The notes beneath the pieces were generated by a model. The model saw only the letters and a list, made by a program, of their open reading frames with translations. It ran no database searches and was not told the origin of the DNA. The position numbers were made by a program, and so were the translations under genes. Positions 28,683 to 38,787 of a DNA stretch of 64,000 nt are shown piece after piece (the stretch's first letter is position 1; the number at the start of each line of letters is the position of its first letter). The stretch lies in contig CAVVKJ010000008.1 in assembly GCA_963748815.1 (NCBI GenBank), forward strand, positions 1 to 64,000, given 5' to 3'. The stretch is from an uncultured Gemmatimonadales bacterium (lineage in GTDB: Bacteria > Gemmatimonadota > Gemmatimonadetes > Gemmatimonadales > GWC2-71-9).

Positions 28683-29480
28683 TCATGGAAACATGCCGAC
28701 GATTGTGTCTGCAACAAACCTGAAGGGAGCCGGCTCTGGGACGCATTCCTGAGCTCCAACGATCGTAGCCGGGCCCCAGGTTCCGCCGGGTAGGACCGCA
28801 ATCTGAAGCTCCATGGATAGGCAGGCATTCCACGGAATGTCTTGGGTGAGTTGAAGTACAACCAACGAGGAGGAGGCGCTTCCCACGAAGCTACCCACAT
28901 CATCTGCACTCCCGAAACGGTAGTTCAGGTCCCAACGACCCCAGACCGTGTCAGCGCTTGTCGAATCGATTGCCAACGCGAAAATGTACGAGCCCGGCCC
29001 CCAGGTGGGGTGGACGCCGTGAGCGCAGTATTGCCCCGGTGCCGTTCGCGCCGGTGGGTGGACGTCGGCCTGGGTGATTGTGATGTTGAGTACGGGAGCT
29101 TCGCCGGGCGGGACCTCCGTCGCGGGAATGATTGTCGCTTGGCCCGGATCGTTGCAGCCCGGCGCAACACTTTCAATCAGTACGCTGTCGATGATTGGAC
29201 TGCCCAGGGAATCCGACTCCACCGCGAATGAGCCAAGGGTATTCGTTACGGCGAAGGGGGGTGGAGAGGCCCAATATGGAACCGAATCTGGCGTGAATAC
29301 GTGGAGCATCGTCAGGACACCCTGGACGGGATCACCGATGCTGTCCAAAACAGTGCCCTGAACCGTAAGAGACTGTGGCGTTAGTGGTGGGGCCGCACTG
29401 TCTGAGCAAGCCGCGAGGGCAGATGCGGCGAAGAAGCCAACACAAGCCCAGCTGCGTAGCTGGCAATCCATGCTCGGCAT
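28683..29480 (-). CDS. hypothetical lipoprotein (carboxypeptidase-regulatory-like N-domain)
   Basis: LAAC lipobox; VQGTVLDSIGDPVQG; paralog of 22126-22929. Confidence 0.75.
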   Translation of the reverse strand: MPSMDCQLRSWACVGFFAASALAACSDSAAPPLTPQSLTVQGTVLDSIGDPVQGVLTMLHVFTPDSVPYWASPPPFAVTNTLGSFAVESDSLGSPIIDSVLIESVAPGCNDPGQATIIPATEVPPGEAPVLNITITQADVHPPARTAPGQYCAHGVHPTWGPGSYIFALAIDSTSADTVWGRWDLNYRFGSADDVGSFVGSASSSLVVLQLTQDIPWNACLSMELQIAVLPGGTWGPATIVGAQECVPEPAPFRFVADTIVGMFP

Positions 29481-29497
29481 AAAGTCTCCGTGGGTCG

Positions 29498-29625
29498 GCC
29501 TAACGAATGGCGCATCAGCTGCGAGGGCGCTCGCGGCAGCCGCCGCGCGACCTCGTAGTCAGTATAAAGCGCGGCGGCTGCCGCAGATAGAGCGCGCCCT
29601 CGACAGCTGCATGCGCTGGTTAGAC
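29498..29625 (-). repeat. attC
   Basis: Full-length family repeat. Confidence 0.93.
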
Positions 29626-29634
29626 GGCATTGAT

Positions 29635-30189
29635 TCAGTGATCGTGTGAACAGCCGTCGTAGTCAGGGCCCGGGATAAAGTTCATCGTCCCATCGGTTGC
29701 GATGAATGCTAGGAATATGGCGCCCTCATTGCGGACGAGGGTGGAACCGACCGTGAACAGCGTTACTGAGTTCACCCAGTCGCGCACATCGGACCATGAA
29801 AGAGTGAGGCGGTCTTGGCCTCGCGGCACGATGATGGGGTCGCTCGGTTGCAGTTGGAACTGGACGGCGCGATCGTCGAACCACTGGATGAAGTTCTGAC
29901 GCTGCTGTTCGCACCGACGCCGTGCGTCAGCGGGTAAGGCGTCAATTTCCCAGAGCCGGAGGAATCCTTCCCCAGGAAGAATGCCAGCCACGATGGGTGG
30001 GGACGCCAAAGCAAGGGCAGAAGTCGCGTCCTCGAGCTTCGCTTGCCTGGGAACCGGAAAGTTAGTGACCACCTCCATGATAGATGCAGCACGGGGGCCA
30101 AGAAACCGCTCGGCACCATGCGTAGCACCCGCCAATGTCAGAACTGCACTGGTTGGAGAAAGCAGCGCTGCCTCCCAAGTCCCAATCAA
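29635..30189 (-). CDS. hypothetical protein (start uncertain)
   Basis: ORF fills the cassette. Confidence 0.6.
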   Translation of the reverse strand: MIGTWEAALLSPTSAVLTLAGATHGAERFLGPRAASIMEVVTNFPVPRQAKLEDATSALALASPPIVAGILPGEGFLRLWEIDALPADARRRCEQQRQNFIQWFDDRAVQFQLQPSDPIIVPRGQDRLTLSWSDVRDWVNSVTLFTVGSTLVRNEGAIFLAFIATDGTMNFIPGPDYDGCSHDH

Positions 30190-30193
30190 TGCC

Positions 30194-30321
30194 GTCTAAC
30201 GAATGGCGCATCAGCTGCGAGGGCGCTCGCGGCAGCCGCCGCGCGACCTCGCTAGCAGTATAAAGCGCGGCGGCTGCCGCAGATAGAGCGCGCCCTCGAC
30301 AGCTGCATGCGCTGGTTAGGC
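30194..30321 (-). repeat. attC
   Basis: Full-length family repeat. Confidence 0.93.
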
Positions 30322-30379
30322 AGCGCCCCGGATTGACCTAGCGAAGTGACGACCGCGTAAGCTCGAGATGTGTGCCTCG

Positions 30380-30858
30380 TCATTGTGTTGGCGTCATGAC
30401 CGCCCCGACCACCGCCACCGTATCCACACCCCAGTTTCCTCGATTGAGACTAGCGCCAGGCCAGTCGCACTCCCATAAGAACAGGGTGGGCATTTCAGGA
30501 ACCGGCAGTGAGTGTACTGTCAGAAGTCCAAGGTCCGCCCTACCCGTCGGAGTCATGGGAAAGGTCCGAAGCGTTCGAGCATACCCGATCGCAATCGTGG
30601 CGAGGCGTAGCATCCGGACTGTAGTCGACCTCGCAACACGAACTTCCCACGCGAATCGACCAGTTGGTCGTCCACAATGGATGAGTCATACGAGCCATTG
30701 CCTGGGAGGATGAGGATCACCCGCGCAAAGGTCACGGGACTGCCTTGGGCATCAACCACTTGACCCGTTACGCGCGTCTGGAGAATCTGCGCTTCGGCGG
30801 GACCCATCAGTCCTGGAAGGGCTACCACACTCACCAGCAGCAACCAGCTATGCCTCAT
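30380..30858 (-). pseudogene. secreted carboxypeptidase-regulatory-like protein, frameshift near 30610
   Basis: Signal peptide; VTGQVVDAQGSPV..DSRGKF, continued in another frame by AIGYA. Confidence 0.6.
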
Positions 30859-30882
30859 CAGAGGTCCCTTCCACGGGCGTCT

Positions 30883-31010
30883 GCCTAACGAATGGCGCAT
30901 CAGCTGCGAGGGCGCTCGCGGCAGCCGCCGCGCGACCTCGCAGTCAGTATAAAGCGCGGCGGCTGCCGCAGATAGAGCGCGCCCTCGACAGCTGCATGCG
31001 CTGGTTAGGC
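30883..31010 (-). repeat. attC
   Basis: Full-length family repeat. Confidence 0.93.
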
Positions 31011-31041
31011 CTCAGCTGGCGACGGAGCTGTGACGCACGAC

Positions 31042-31455
31042 CTACCAGGGAAGAATCGCCCAGCCCGCCTTCGTTGTGTCACGGGGGATGAACATTAGGT
31101 ACCCCCCGTCGAGACCAACGTTTTGCGCCTGCACGCTGATGTACTTCCCCTGCTTCGTCCTTGAAAACCACTTGATGCACGACTGACCGGGCATCTTTGT
31201 CTCTTGCTCCCAGTCTCGGATCATGACCTCGAAGTTTGCGATCTCGGCGCTGTCAGCCGTCGGAACCTGCTGCGGGGCGACGCACGGAGAGGCATCGACG
31301 GACCCGGAGATGAGGTTGATTCCGATATTCACGGTATCCGAATGATCGGCATCAACATATCGCGAAACACGCATGCCAGGACGTGCACAGCCTGCCAAGA
31401 CAAGGACAGCCAAGACGCGCCATCGAGCGCCCCGCCAAGATTCCTCCAGGGCCAT
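31042..31455 (-). CDS. hypothetical lipoprotein (copy 1 of 3)
   Basis: LAGC lipobox; near-identical to the copies at 37485 and 41711. Confidence 0.78.
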   Translation of the reverse strand: MALEESWRGARWRVLAVLVLAGCARPGMRVSRYVDADHSDTVNIGINLISGSVDASPCVAPQQVPTADSAEIANFEVMIRDWEQETKMPGQSCIKWFSRTKQGKYISVQAQNVGLDGGYLMFIPRDTTKAGWAILPW

Positions 31456-31498
31456 GCTGGCACTCTCCCGGCCCGCGCTCCGACTGCGAAGGCTGTAG

Positions 31499-31626
31499 GC
31501 CTAACGAATGGCGCATCAGCTGCGAGGGCGCTCGCGGCAGCCGCCGCGCGACCTCGCTAGCAGTATAAAGCGCGGCGGCTGCCGCAGATAGAGCGCGCCC
31601 TCGTCAGCTGCATGCGCTGGTTAGGC
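31499..31626 (-). repeat. attC
   Basis: Full-length family repeat. Confidence 0.93.
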
Positions 31627-31647
31627 CGCAGTGCCAATCGTGCCTAG

Positions 31648-32040
31648 TCACCGCCCGATCGCGGAGCCCACGGCGTAGAGAAAGAGGAGGCCCAAAGCGA
31701 CAGGCACCACGATTATGATGATCGACACCGCCTCGGAGCGACCTGTCTTGATGGAATCCACCGCGGCGAGCGGCAGCGCCACGCGACAGCTATCACACCC
31801 GAGGGGTTGCATGAAATGAATGCCGCTGAGCGAATCAGCCGTGATTTGAACGCCATGGAGGCGTAGCGATTCATCGGCTGACCAAACGCGGACTTGCTTG
31901 CCGGCCGAGAACTGCTGCGGTACCGGTGGCTTAGCGCCTGACCAGGTCATACACGCGGACATCCACACAGCCAGGAACGGTGGTAGGAGTCGAAGGTGCC
32001 GACTGCTTCTGCGGTGCCCCGAGGCGTCGGCTCTCGTCAT
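31648..32040 (-). CDS. hypothetical lipoprotein with CxxC and C-terminal TM
   Basis: MSAC lipobox-like; LGCDSCRVALPLAAVDSI; paralog of 9540-9974. Confidence 0.72.
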   Translation of the reverse strand: MTRADASGHRRSSRHLRLLPPFLAVWMSACMTWSGAKPPVPQQFSAGKQVRVWSADESLRLHGVQITADSLSGIHFMQPLGCDSCRVALPLAAVDSIKTGRSEAVSIIIIVVPVALGLLFLYAVGSAIGR

Positions 32041-32077
32041 CCGAAGCTCGCTTTCAGAATGGGCCGGTGCTCTGTCG

Positions 32078-32205
32078 GCCTAACGAATGGCGCATCAGCT
32101 GCGAGGGCGCTCGCGGCAGCCGCCGCGCGACCTCGCAGTCAGTATAAAGCGCGGCGGCTGCCGCCGATAGAGCGCGCCCTCGACAGCTGCATGCGCTGGT
32201 TAGGC
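32078..32205 (-). repeat. attC
   Basis: Full-length family repeat. Confidence 0.93.
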
Positions 32206-32240
32206 CGCGGTGCGAGCCCAATCCCTTTGGCTCAGGGTTT

Positions 32241-32669
32241 TCACTCAGCAACCACCGAATACACTCCAGGCGCTCCCAGCCTCAGACACCACCGCACTGT
32301 CACTGGTGGCTGGGTATGGGAATTGAGACCATCGATTGTGGCCTCCCATTCGCCATGCCGGAGTTGGAAAGCAGGTGAGTCAAAACGCCACACACCCGTA
32401 TTGAGTTCAGTGATCGGCACTGACGCAACGATGACAACCGAATCGGTTGCAGGGTGTGGTTCAGCGAGCCACTGGAGAAATGCCTGGGACACAACGTGCT
32501 CGAATCCGCCGGTGTCGATAATCAGTCGATATTGGCCTTCGACGCCCTCAGCGACCCAATGGCCACCGGCCTGAAGCGCGGTGACGGTTGCGGGCACGAC
32601 TGGCGCGCCCTGGGCGGCTAGGGAAGGCGCCAGTGCGCCGGCGAGGAGTAGCGATACCAGATAGCGCAT
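32241..32669 (-). CDS. hypothetical secreted protein
   Basis: Signal peptide; GGHW..GQYRLII..GFEHV. Confidence 0.72.
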   Translation of the reverse strand: MRYLVSLLLAGALAPSLAAQGAPVVPATVTALQAGGHWVAEGVEGQYRLIIDTGGFEHVVSQAFLQWLAEPHPATDSVVIVASVPITELNTGVWRFDSPAFQLRHGEWEATIDGLNSHTQPPVTVRWCLRLGAPGVYSVVAE

Positions 32670-32701
32670 TGGCACTCGGCATCGAGCATGGGTGACCGTC
32701 G

Positions 32702-32830
32702 GCCTAACGAATGGCGCATCAGCTGCGAGGGCGCTCGCGGCAGCCGCCGCGCGACCTCAAGATCAGTATAAAGCGCGGCGGCTGCCGCAGACTAGAGCGC
32801 GCCCTCGTCTGCTGCATGCGCTGGTTAGGC
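32702..32830 (-). repeat. attC
   Basis: Full-length family repeat. Confidence 0.93.
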
Positions 32831-32836
32831 AGCGGC

Positions 32837-33358
32837 CTATCGGAGCACGAACGACAACGACCAATCCAGCATCCCGGCCAAGATGAGCCCGGCTCCAATC
32901 GCTCCATAAAGCAGCCTTACCCCCGTACCCCCGATCGCTGCCCGTGCAGCCACAAGAATGGCATGCGCTTCAAACCACTTGGGTGAAGCAATCGCTAGGT
33001 AGAGGGCGAAGGCCCCAATCAGGATGGTTGCGGATCGGGCGAAGGGCCAACCCCCGCCTATCTCAATCAGTTTGGCGCCCATTCCGAGGACACTCAAAAG
33101 GGCAATCGCCTTGAACTGGCCTCGAGACCATACCGGGGGGACCGTTCGGTCCTTGCTAGTGATCGCGGCGATGGCGTCGATTCCACCGATGATGGCGTAG
33201 GCCATTCCGAGAAGCATCGCAAGCACGTACAAGGTACGCGCGATGGCGGGCCATCCATGAGTCAGCCCGGCATCCACGCCGAAGGCCATGGCGAACGTCG
33301 CAGCAATGAGGGCGATGCAAAGCACCAGGCGCGGGATGGGGCGGGAAATTGCCGTCAA
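32837..33358 (-). CDS. hypothetical membrane protein
   Basis: About 5 TM segments; fills the cassette. Confidence 0.72.
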   Translation of the reverse strand: MTAISRPIPRLVLCIALIAATFAMAFGVDAGLTHGWPAIARTLYVLAMLLGMAYAIIGGIDAIAAITSKDRTVPPVWSRGQFKAIALLSVLGMGAKLIEIGGGWPFARSATILIGAFALYLAIASPKWFEAHAILVAARAAIGGTGVRLLYGAIGAGLILAGMLDWSLSFVLR

Positions 33359-33382
33359 GCCTCAGTGATGTGAAAAGTCGCT

Positions 33383-33511
33383 GCCTAACGAATTGGCGCA
33401 TCAGCTGCGAGGGCGCTCGCGGCAGCCGCCGCGCGACCTCAAGATCAGTATAAAGCGCGGCGGCTGCCGCTGATAGAGCGCGCCCTCGCCAGCTGCATGC
33501 GCTGGTTAGGC
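33383..33511 (-). repeat. attC
   Basis: Full-length family repeat. Confidence 0.93.
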
Positions 33512-33671
33512 GGCGCGTTGAATCATCTGCCTAGGTGAGAAGCCGGCAAGACCCTGACTTCAGATCTCTCACGAGTGTAGACCCCGGTCGATCGAGTCTG
33601 GTCCCGTACGCAGGGTGGCCCAGGCCCGGGGGATTCCGCGCAGATCACGAGCAAGCATCGGGTGCTTGACT

Positions 33672-34937
33672 TCATTGCACCGTAAAGACCCACGCAGCCC
33701 CGGCGTACGAATCGTCCGCAACCCCTCCGAGGATAGTGGTACCGCCATCGGCGGAGATAGAAGTGGAAAAGCCTTGGAATGTGCTCCCCACGCCACCACT
33801 GCCGACCAGCTTGGTGCCGAGTGGGGTCCAGATGCCCCCGCTTCGGGTCCAGACCCACGCAGCCCCAGCGAGGCTATTGTCATGGGGCCCGCCGACTGCG
33901 GCGGTGTTTCCATCGCCGGAGAGGGAGACTGAGGTTCCTTGCTCGGCGCTTCCCACGGCTCCGGCGCCAACCAGCTTGGCACCCTGCTGGGTCCAGACAC
34001 CACCGCTTCTGGCCCAGACCCACGCGGCCCCGGTATTCGCGTTGTCTCGAAACCCTCCTACGATGGCAGTGTTGCCGTCGGCGGAGAGGGACACGGCGTT
34101 ACCCTGGAAGGCAATTCCCGCAGCATCATTCCCGACGAGCTTGGGACCCTGCTGGGTCCAGACCCCACCGCTTCTGGTCCAGACCCACGCGGCCCCGGCC
34201 GAGGCGTTATCTGCATGGCCGCCGACAATTGCGGTGTTGCCATCGGCGGAGAGGGACGAGGCGCCCCCTTGGTAGGCCTGCCCCACGGCGCCGCTGCCAA
34301 CCAGTTTGGGGCCCTGCTGGGTCCAAACTCCCCCGTTTCGGGTCCAGACCCAGGTGGCCCCCGTGTGGCTATCGTCAAAGGGTCCACTGATCAGCGCGGT
34401 GTTGCCGTCTGCGGATAGGGAAACGGAACCCCCCTGCAATGACTGCCCCACGCTGGCGGTGCCGACCAGCCTAGCCCCCTGTTGGGTCCAAGTGTCACCG
34501 CTCCTGATCCAGACCCATGCGGCCCCAACGTAGCCACTATCGGCAGCGCCACCGATGAGCGCGGTATTGCCGTCGGCGGAGAGGGACACGGCCGCCCCCT
34601 GTTCTGCGCTCCCCACGGCGCCGCTGCCGACCAATTTGGGACCCCGCTGCGACCAGACGCCCCCGCTTCTGGTCCAGATCCACGCTGCCCCGGCGTGGCC
34701 ATCGTCCTCGGGCGCCCCGACGAGGGCCGTGTTGCCATCGGCGGAGAGGGAGACGGCATGGCCCTGGAGGGCGCTTCCCACAGCACCCGTGCCGACCAGC
34801 TTCAGCCCCTGTTGCGTGAATACAGGCGGGTCCGCCATTGGCGCCGTGCTATCGCTACAAGCGGAGATCAAGACTAGGGCGGTGTAGTGAATGGCACCGG
34901 AAAGCAGCGGGGTCCGAGAGCGGAATGAAACTTCCAT
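33672..34937 (-). CDS. FG-GAP-like beta-propeller lipoprotein (duplicate)
   Basis: 421 aa, a handful of substitutions versus 19955-21220. Confidence 0.9.
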   Translation of the reverse strand: MEVSFRSRTPLLSGAIHYTALVLISACSDSTAPMADPPVFTQQGLKLVGTGAVGSALQGHAVSLSADGNTALVGAPEDDGHAGAAWIWTRSGGVWSQRGPKLVGSGAVGSAEQGAAVSLSADGNTALIGGAADSGYVGAAWVWIRSGDTWTQQGARLVGTASVGQSLQGGSVSLSADGNTALISGPFDDSHTGATWVWTRNGGVWTQQGPKLVGSGAVGQAYQGGASSLSADGNTAIVGGHADNASAGAAWVWTRSGGVWTQQGPKLVGNDAAGIAFQGNAVSLSADGNTAIVGGFRDNANTGAAWVWARSGGVWTQQGAKLVGAGAVGSAEQGTSVSLSGDGNTAAVGGPHDNSLAGAAWVWTRSGGIWTPLGTKLVGSGGVGSTFQGFSTSISADGGTTILGGVADDSYAGAAWVFTVQ

Positions 34938-35023
34938 TGCATCCCCCTAGGCATCAAGGAGCAAGTCTACTGACGCGACAGCGAATCGGAGTCAGCAGAG
35001 TCCCGTTTGGGTAAACCGCGTCC

Positions 35024-35152
35024 GCCTAACGAATTGGCGCATCAGCTGCGAGGGCGCTCGCGGCAGCCGCCGCGCGACCTCGCTCGCAGTATAAAGCGCG
35101 GCGGCTGCCGCAGCTAGAGCGCGCCCTCGTCAGCTGCATGCGCTGGTTAGGC
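35024..35152 (-). repeat. attC
   Basis: Full-length family repeat. Confidence 0.93.
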
Positions 35153-35158
35153 AGCACG

Positions 35159-35776
35159 TCACAACTTTGGGAGCAAAGCGACCAGAAGAGCAACGTGTTT
35201 TGTGGAGACATCTCGAGCGCGCTCGACAAGCTCTCGAACGCCGATCCGTTTGCTCTTAAGCTCTAAAGTGAGGCGCTGAGGAGGGCCATTCGCCTTGAGG
35301 GTAAAATGCCTAGTTAACCGTGAATGTGTTAGCCAATTCCTGGCATTCCGGACTAGCTGGTAGTCAGCGTCAGAAAACACGCTTTCACACCATTGCAAGC
35401 CCGCTGGCGGAAGGGCCGCGCGCAATCTCACGTTCTTGGGGCACTCCTCTTTGCGCTTGAAATCGCCTAGGTCGAGTTCTTGGCCACTATTGTGACCGCA
35501 AAGGGCCCGTCCGAGGCCCGCACCACACAGATCTAAAGCAGTAACGCAGGTACCTGTTGCCCAACGAGCATGAGCGACGTCGACCACGTCGGGGACGTGG
35601 CCGCCAGCAACAGCGTTTGAAACATCGTATGCGCGATCAAGGTCATCGAGGTAGTGAAGGCTTCTGACGCAAGACATGGCCCACATCAAGAGCGCGCCGG
35701 CATCTGGGTGCGCATGACGGGTCTCGAAGGAACTAACAGCTTCGTGGGCCTTATCGGGCCAGGTCCATTGGGGCAT
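35159..35776 (-). CDS. putative HEPN-domain protein
   Basis: Predicted helical; TALDL N-motif and Y..VRNARNWLTH (RxxxxH). Confidence 0.6.
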   Translation of the reverse strand: MPQWTWPDKAHEAVSSFETRHAHPDAGALLMWAMSCVRSLHYLDDLDRAYDVSNAVAGGHVPDVVDVAHARWATGTCVTALDLCGAGLGRALCGHNSGQELDLGDFKRKEECPKNVRLRAALPPAGLQWCESVFSDADYQLVRNARNWLTHSRLTRHFTLKANGPPQRLTLELKSKRIGVRELVERARDVSTKHVALLVALLPKL

Positions 35777-35818
35777 TGGGTCCTAGTCGGACGTCTGTAA
35801 GCACCCGCTCGTCGTGCT

Positions 35819-35947
35819 GCCTAACGAATTGGCGCATCAGCTGCGAGGGCGCTCGCGGCAGCCGCCGCGCAGCCTCGCAGTCAGTATAAAGCGCGGCGGC
35901 TGCCGCAGATAGAGCGCGCCCTCGACAGCTGCATGCGCTGGTTAGAC
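35819..35947 (-). repeat. attC
   Basis: Full-length family repeat. Confidence 0.93.
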
Positions 35948-36429
35948 GCGGCAGCTGTAAATCTTCAGGCGGTAGGCCAGACGTCCACCAGAACCAGCCA
36001 GCACATCCCGAACGTGACAACATCGCTGCACGCTCGATGGCGGCAGGTCGCTCAGGGAACGATCGAACGCAGTAGCGACCGATTGCCAAGGAGGAGCGCG
36101 CACGATGCCGAGTATAGGAGAGCACGCATAAAACGCAGGACCAGACCAGCCCCATGCCAACGGCAGTAGCAGTCGCCCGCCAAGTCGATCACTCCATCGG
36201 CCCTCCGGGTTGCACCGATTGGCTGCCCGCAACCCGACGACGAGTGATCGGCATTGAGGCCCCGGCCATCGTTGCGACACCGCTCAAGTGCGAGCGGATC
36301 GACCTGTCGCGGGACGACCAGCGCTAAGGTCCACGAGACAGGGAGATGTCGATAGCATACGCGGGACGCTCGCGCAGGACGGTGCGTCGCGCATTGGCGC
36401 TTGAGGTTATCGATATGCCAGACATACAT
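35948..36429 (-). pseudogene. membrane protein (MYVWHIDNLK..), multiple frameshifts
   Basis: GGAG RBS + ATG at 36429; hydrophobic fragments in different frames. Confidence 0.5.
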
Positions 36430-36450
36430 CGGAACTCCGGAGCGCTGTCC

Positions 36451-36578
36451 GTCTAACGAATGGCGCATCAGCTGCGAGGGCGCTCGCGGCAGCCGCCGCG
36501 CATCCTCGCAGTCAGTATAAAGCGCGGCGGCTGCCGCAGATAGAGCGCGCCCTTGTCAGCTGCATGCGCTGGTTAGAC
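36451..36578 (-). repeat. attC
   Basis: Full-length family repeat. Confidence 0.93.
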
Positions 36579-36595
36579 CGCTCCTACCAATAGAT

Positions 36596-37231
36596 CTAGA
36601 CAGTATGGCAGTGAATCTGGCCAAAACTATAGTCCACGTGGAGATAGCGGTTCCCGGAAAGATAGACGCCAACATTAAAGTCCTGGAGTTGCCAACGGAC
36701 ATTGTCCGTGATGGTCAGGTCGTCGCTCTGCGGGCACAATAGACCTTCTCCATACTTCTGCTCCATTCCGTGCGCCACCGCGTCGTATTCACTTCTTGGG
36801 TCTGCAGGTGTCCACGCTCGGTCCACGCTCGCCACAAAACCCTGCCAATCCAGCAGCATTGATACCGAGCCGTCCTCGGTGGACGAATAGCACATGAGGA
36901 AGGGGCGCTCCTCTCCCGGAAGTAGGAGTCCAGCCGTCACATTGGAACTCCACTGCCGGCAACGCAGCTTCGCCACGGCTGCCAGCATCGAATCTGCGAT
37001 GCGTGCGAGAGGTCCTGCTGACGCAGGCAGTTCGTTGCACAGCGCGAGCCTTCTCCAGCCGCACGAAAGATAAAGCGTCCGCTCTCGGGTGCCCCAGTCC
37101 GAGCGGAGGTCGCTTGTCCAGTCCGTGAGGGCGTGCCACGGACCAGCATCCGAGTAGGGACCCGGGGCGAGAACGATCACAGCTAGGAGGAGGACTCCGA
37201 GGAGGAGGATGCGACGAATGCGTCGAGACAT
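36596..37231 (-). CDS. hypothetical exported protein
   Basis: N-terminal signal/TM; several Cys. Confidence 0.72.
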   Translation of the reverse strand: MSRRIRRILLLGVLLLAVIVLAPGPYSDAGPWHALTDWTSDLRSDWGTRERTLYLSCGWRRLALCNELPASAGPLARIADSMLAAVAKLRCRQWSSNVTAGLLLPGEERPFLMCYSSTEDGSVSMLLDWQGFVASVDRAWTPADPRSEYDAVAHGMEQKYGEGLLCPQSDDLTITDNVRWQLQDFNVGVYLSGNRYLHVDYSFGQIHCHTV

Positions 37232-37325
37232 GCAGGCCCCTCGGATCGGCTGGCGATGGGAAGCGTCTCAGGGTCATGTTCGCGCGGAGACGATCTCGGG
37301 CGACTTCCCGTCCGGAAGCGGAGCG

Positions 37326-37453
37326 GTCTAACGAATGGCGCATCAGCTGCGAGGGCGCTCGCGGCAGCCGCCGCGCGACCTCGCTAACAGTATGAAGCGC
37401 GGCGGCTGCCGCAGATAGAGCGCGCCCTCGACTGCTGCATGCGCTGGTTAGGC
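37326..37453 (-). repeat. attC
   Basis: Full-length family repeat. Confidence 0.93.
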
Positions 37454-37484
37454 CTCAGCTGGCGACGGAGCTGTGACGCACGAC

Positions 37485-37899
37485 CTACCAGGGAAGAATC
37501 GCCCAGCCCGCCTTCGTTGTGTCACGGGGGATGAACATTAGGTACCCCCCGTCGAGACCAACGTTTTGCGCCTGCACGCTGATGTACTTCCCCTGCTTCG
37601 TCCTTGAAAACCACTTGATGCACGACTGACCGGGCATCTTTGTCTCTTGCTCCCAGTCTCGGATCATGACCTCGAAGTTTGCGATCTCGGCGCTGTCAGC
37701 CGTCGGAACCTGCTGCGGGGCGACGCACGGAGAGGCATCGACGGACCCGGAGATGAGGTTGATTCCGATATTCACGGTATCCGAATGATCGGCATCAACA
37801 TATCGCGAAACACGCATGCCAGGATGTGCACAGCCTGCCAAGACAAGGACAGCCAAGACGCGCCATCGAGCGCCCCGCCAAGATTCCTCACAGGGCCAT
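37485..37899 (-). CDS. hypothetical lipoprotein (copy 2 of 3; 1-nt insertion near the start)
   Basis: cctcacaggg here versus cctccaggg in the other copies. Confidence 0.7.
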
Positions 37900-37942
37900 G
37901 CTGGCACTCTCCCGGCCCGCGCTCCGACTGCGAAGGCTGTAG

Positions 37943-38071
37943 GCCTAACGAATTGGCGCATCAGCTGCGAGGGCGCTCGCGGCAGCCGCCGCGGAGCCTC
38001 GCAGTCAGTATAAGGCGCGGCGGCTGCCGCAGATAGCGCGCGCCCTCGTCAGCTGCATGCGCTGGTTAGGC
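37943..38071 (-). repeat. attC
   Basis: Full-length family repeat. Confidence 0.93.
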
Positions 38072-38114
38072 GGCCGGTGACCACAGTGCCCCGATTTCGA
38101 CGAGGTTCTACCAC

Positions 38115-38543
38115 CTACTTGATCTCCATGGGCCTACCAGATCTGTAGAGAATGGCGCCTGCCACTCCCCCGGTGACCAAAGCCAACAGCATGGACCCGG
38201 CTACAAGATTGAAAGCGGTCAGCTTCCCCGCTGAGCCCAATTTTGGCGCCAATATGGCGGCGCAAAACGGAAGTGCAGCTGCCACGCCTGTCAGGCAACT
38301 CGCCAGTCTGGATGCCACCCATCTGTTCAGGAGACCAGCGGCGGTGCCGGCGAGAACACCCCCGGCGAGGGACGTGAGAACGACGACCTGAAGCGGGAGG
38401 CCATACTCCTGGCGGATCGCCTCCTCGCCGCCGAGTTTGGCCATCAACAAGGCCAAGAGTGCCTGCAGGAGACCCCAACCCGACAGGACTACGAACCAGA
38501 AGCGAAAGCCGCGGCGCTGAGGATTCCACGCAAAGTGGGGCAC
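38115..38543 (-). CDS. hypothetical membrane protein
   Basis: 4 TM segments. Confidence 0.7.
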   Translation of the reverse strand: MPHFAWNPQRRGFRFWFVVLSGWGLLQALLALLMAKLGGEEAIRQEYGLPLQVVVLTSLAGGVLAGTAAGLLNRWVASRLASCLTGVAAALPFCAAILAPKLGSAGKLTAFNLVAGSMLLALVTGGVAGAILYRSGRPMEIK

Positions 38544-38640
38544 GGCGCTCGCTTTCTTTCGGGCCTAGGCTCTCTCCTCGGCATCATTGCCGCGCTCTAG
38601 GCGATCACACCGCATCCGGAATACGGGAAAGAACCGGTCC

Positions 38641-38768
38641 GCCTAACGAATGGCGCATCAGCTGCGAGGGCGCTCGCGGCAGCCGCCGCGCGACCTCGCC
38701 AACAGTATAAGGCGCGGCGGCTGCCGCAGATAGAGCGCGCCCTCGTCTGCTGCATGCGCTGGTTAGGC
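38641..38768 (-). repeat. attC
   Basis: Full-length family repeat. Confidence 0.93.
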
Positions 38769-38787
38769 GGCTGTGAGAGGCCATGTC

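Noticed and set aside
17499..34937. Diversity-generating retroelement (template/variable repeat) explanation for the duplicated cassettes
   Set aside because: No reverse transcriptase in the window, and differences between copies are not adenine-specific
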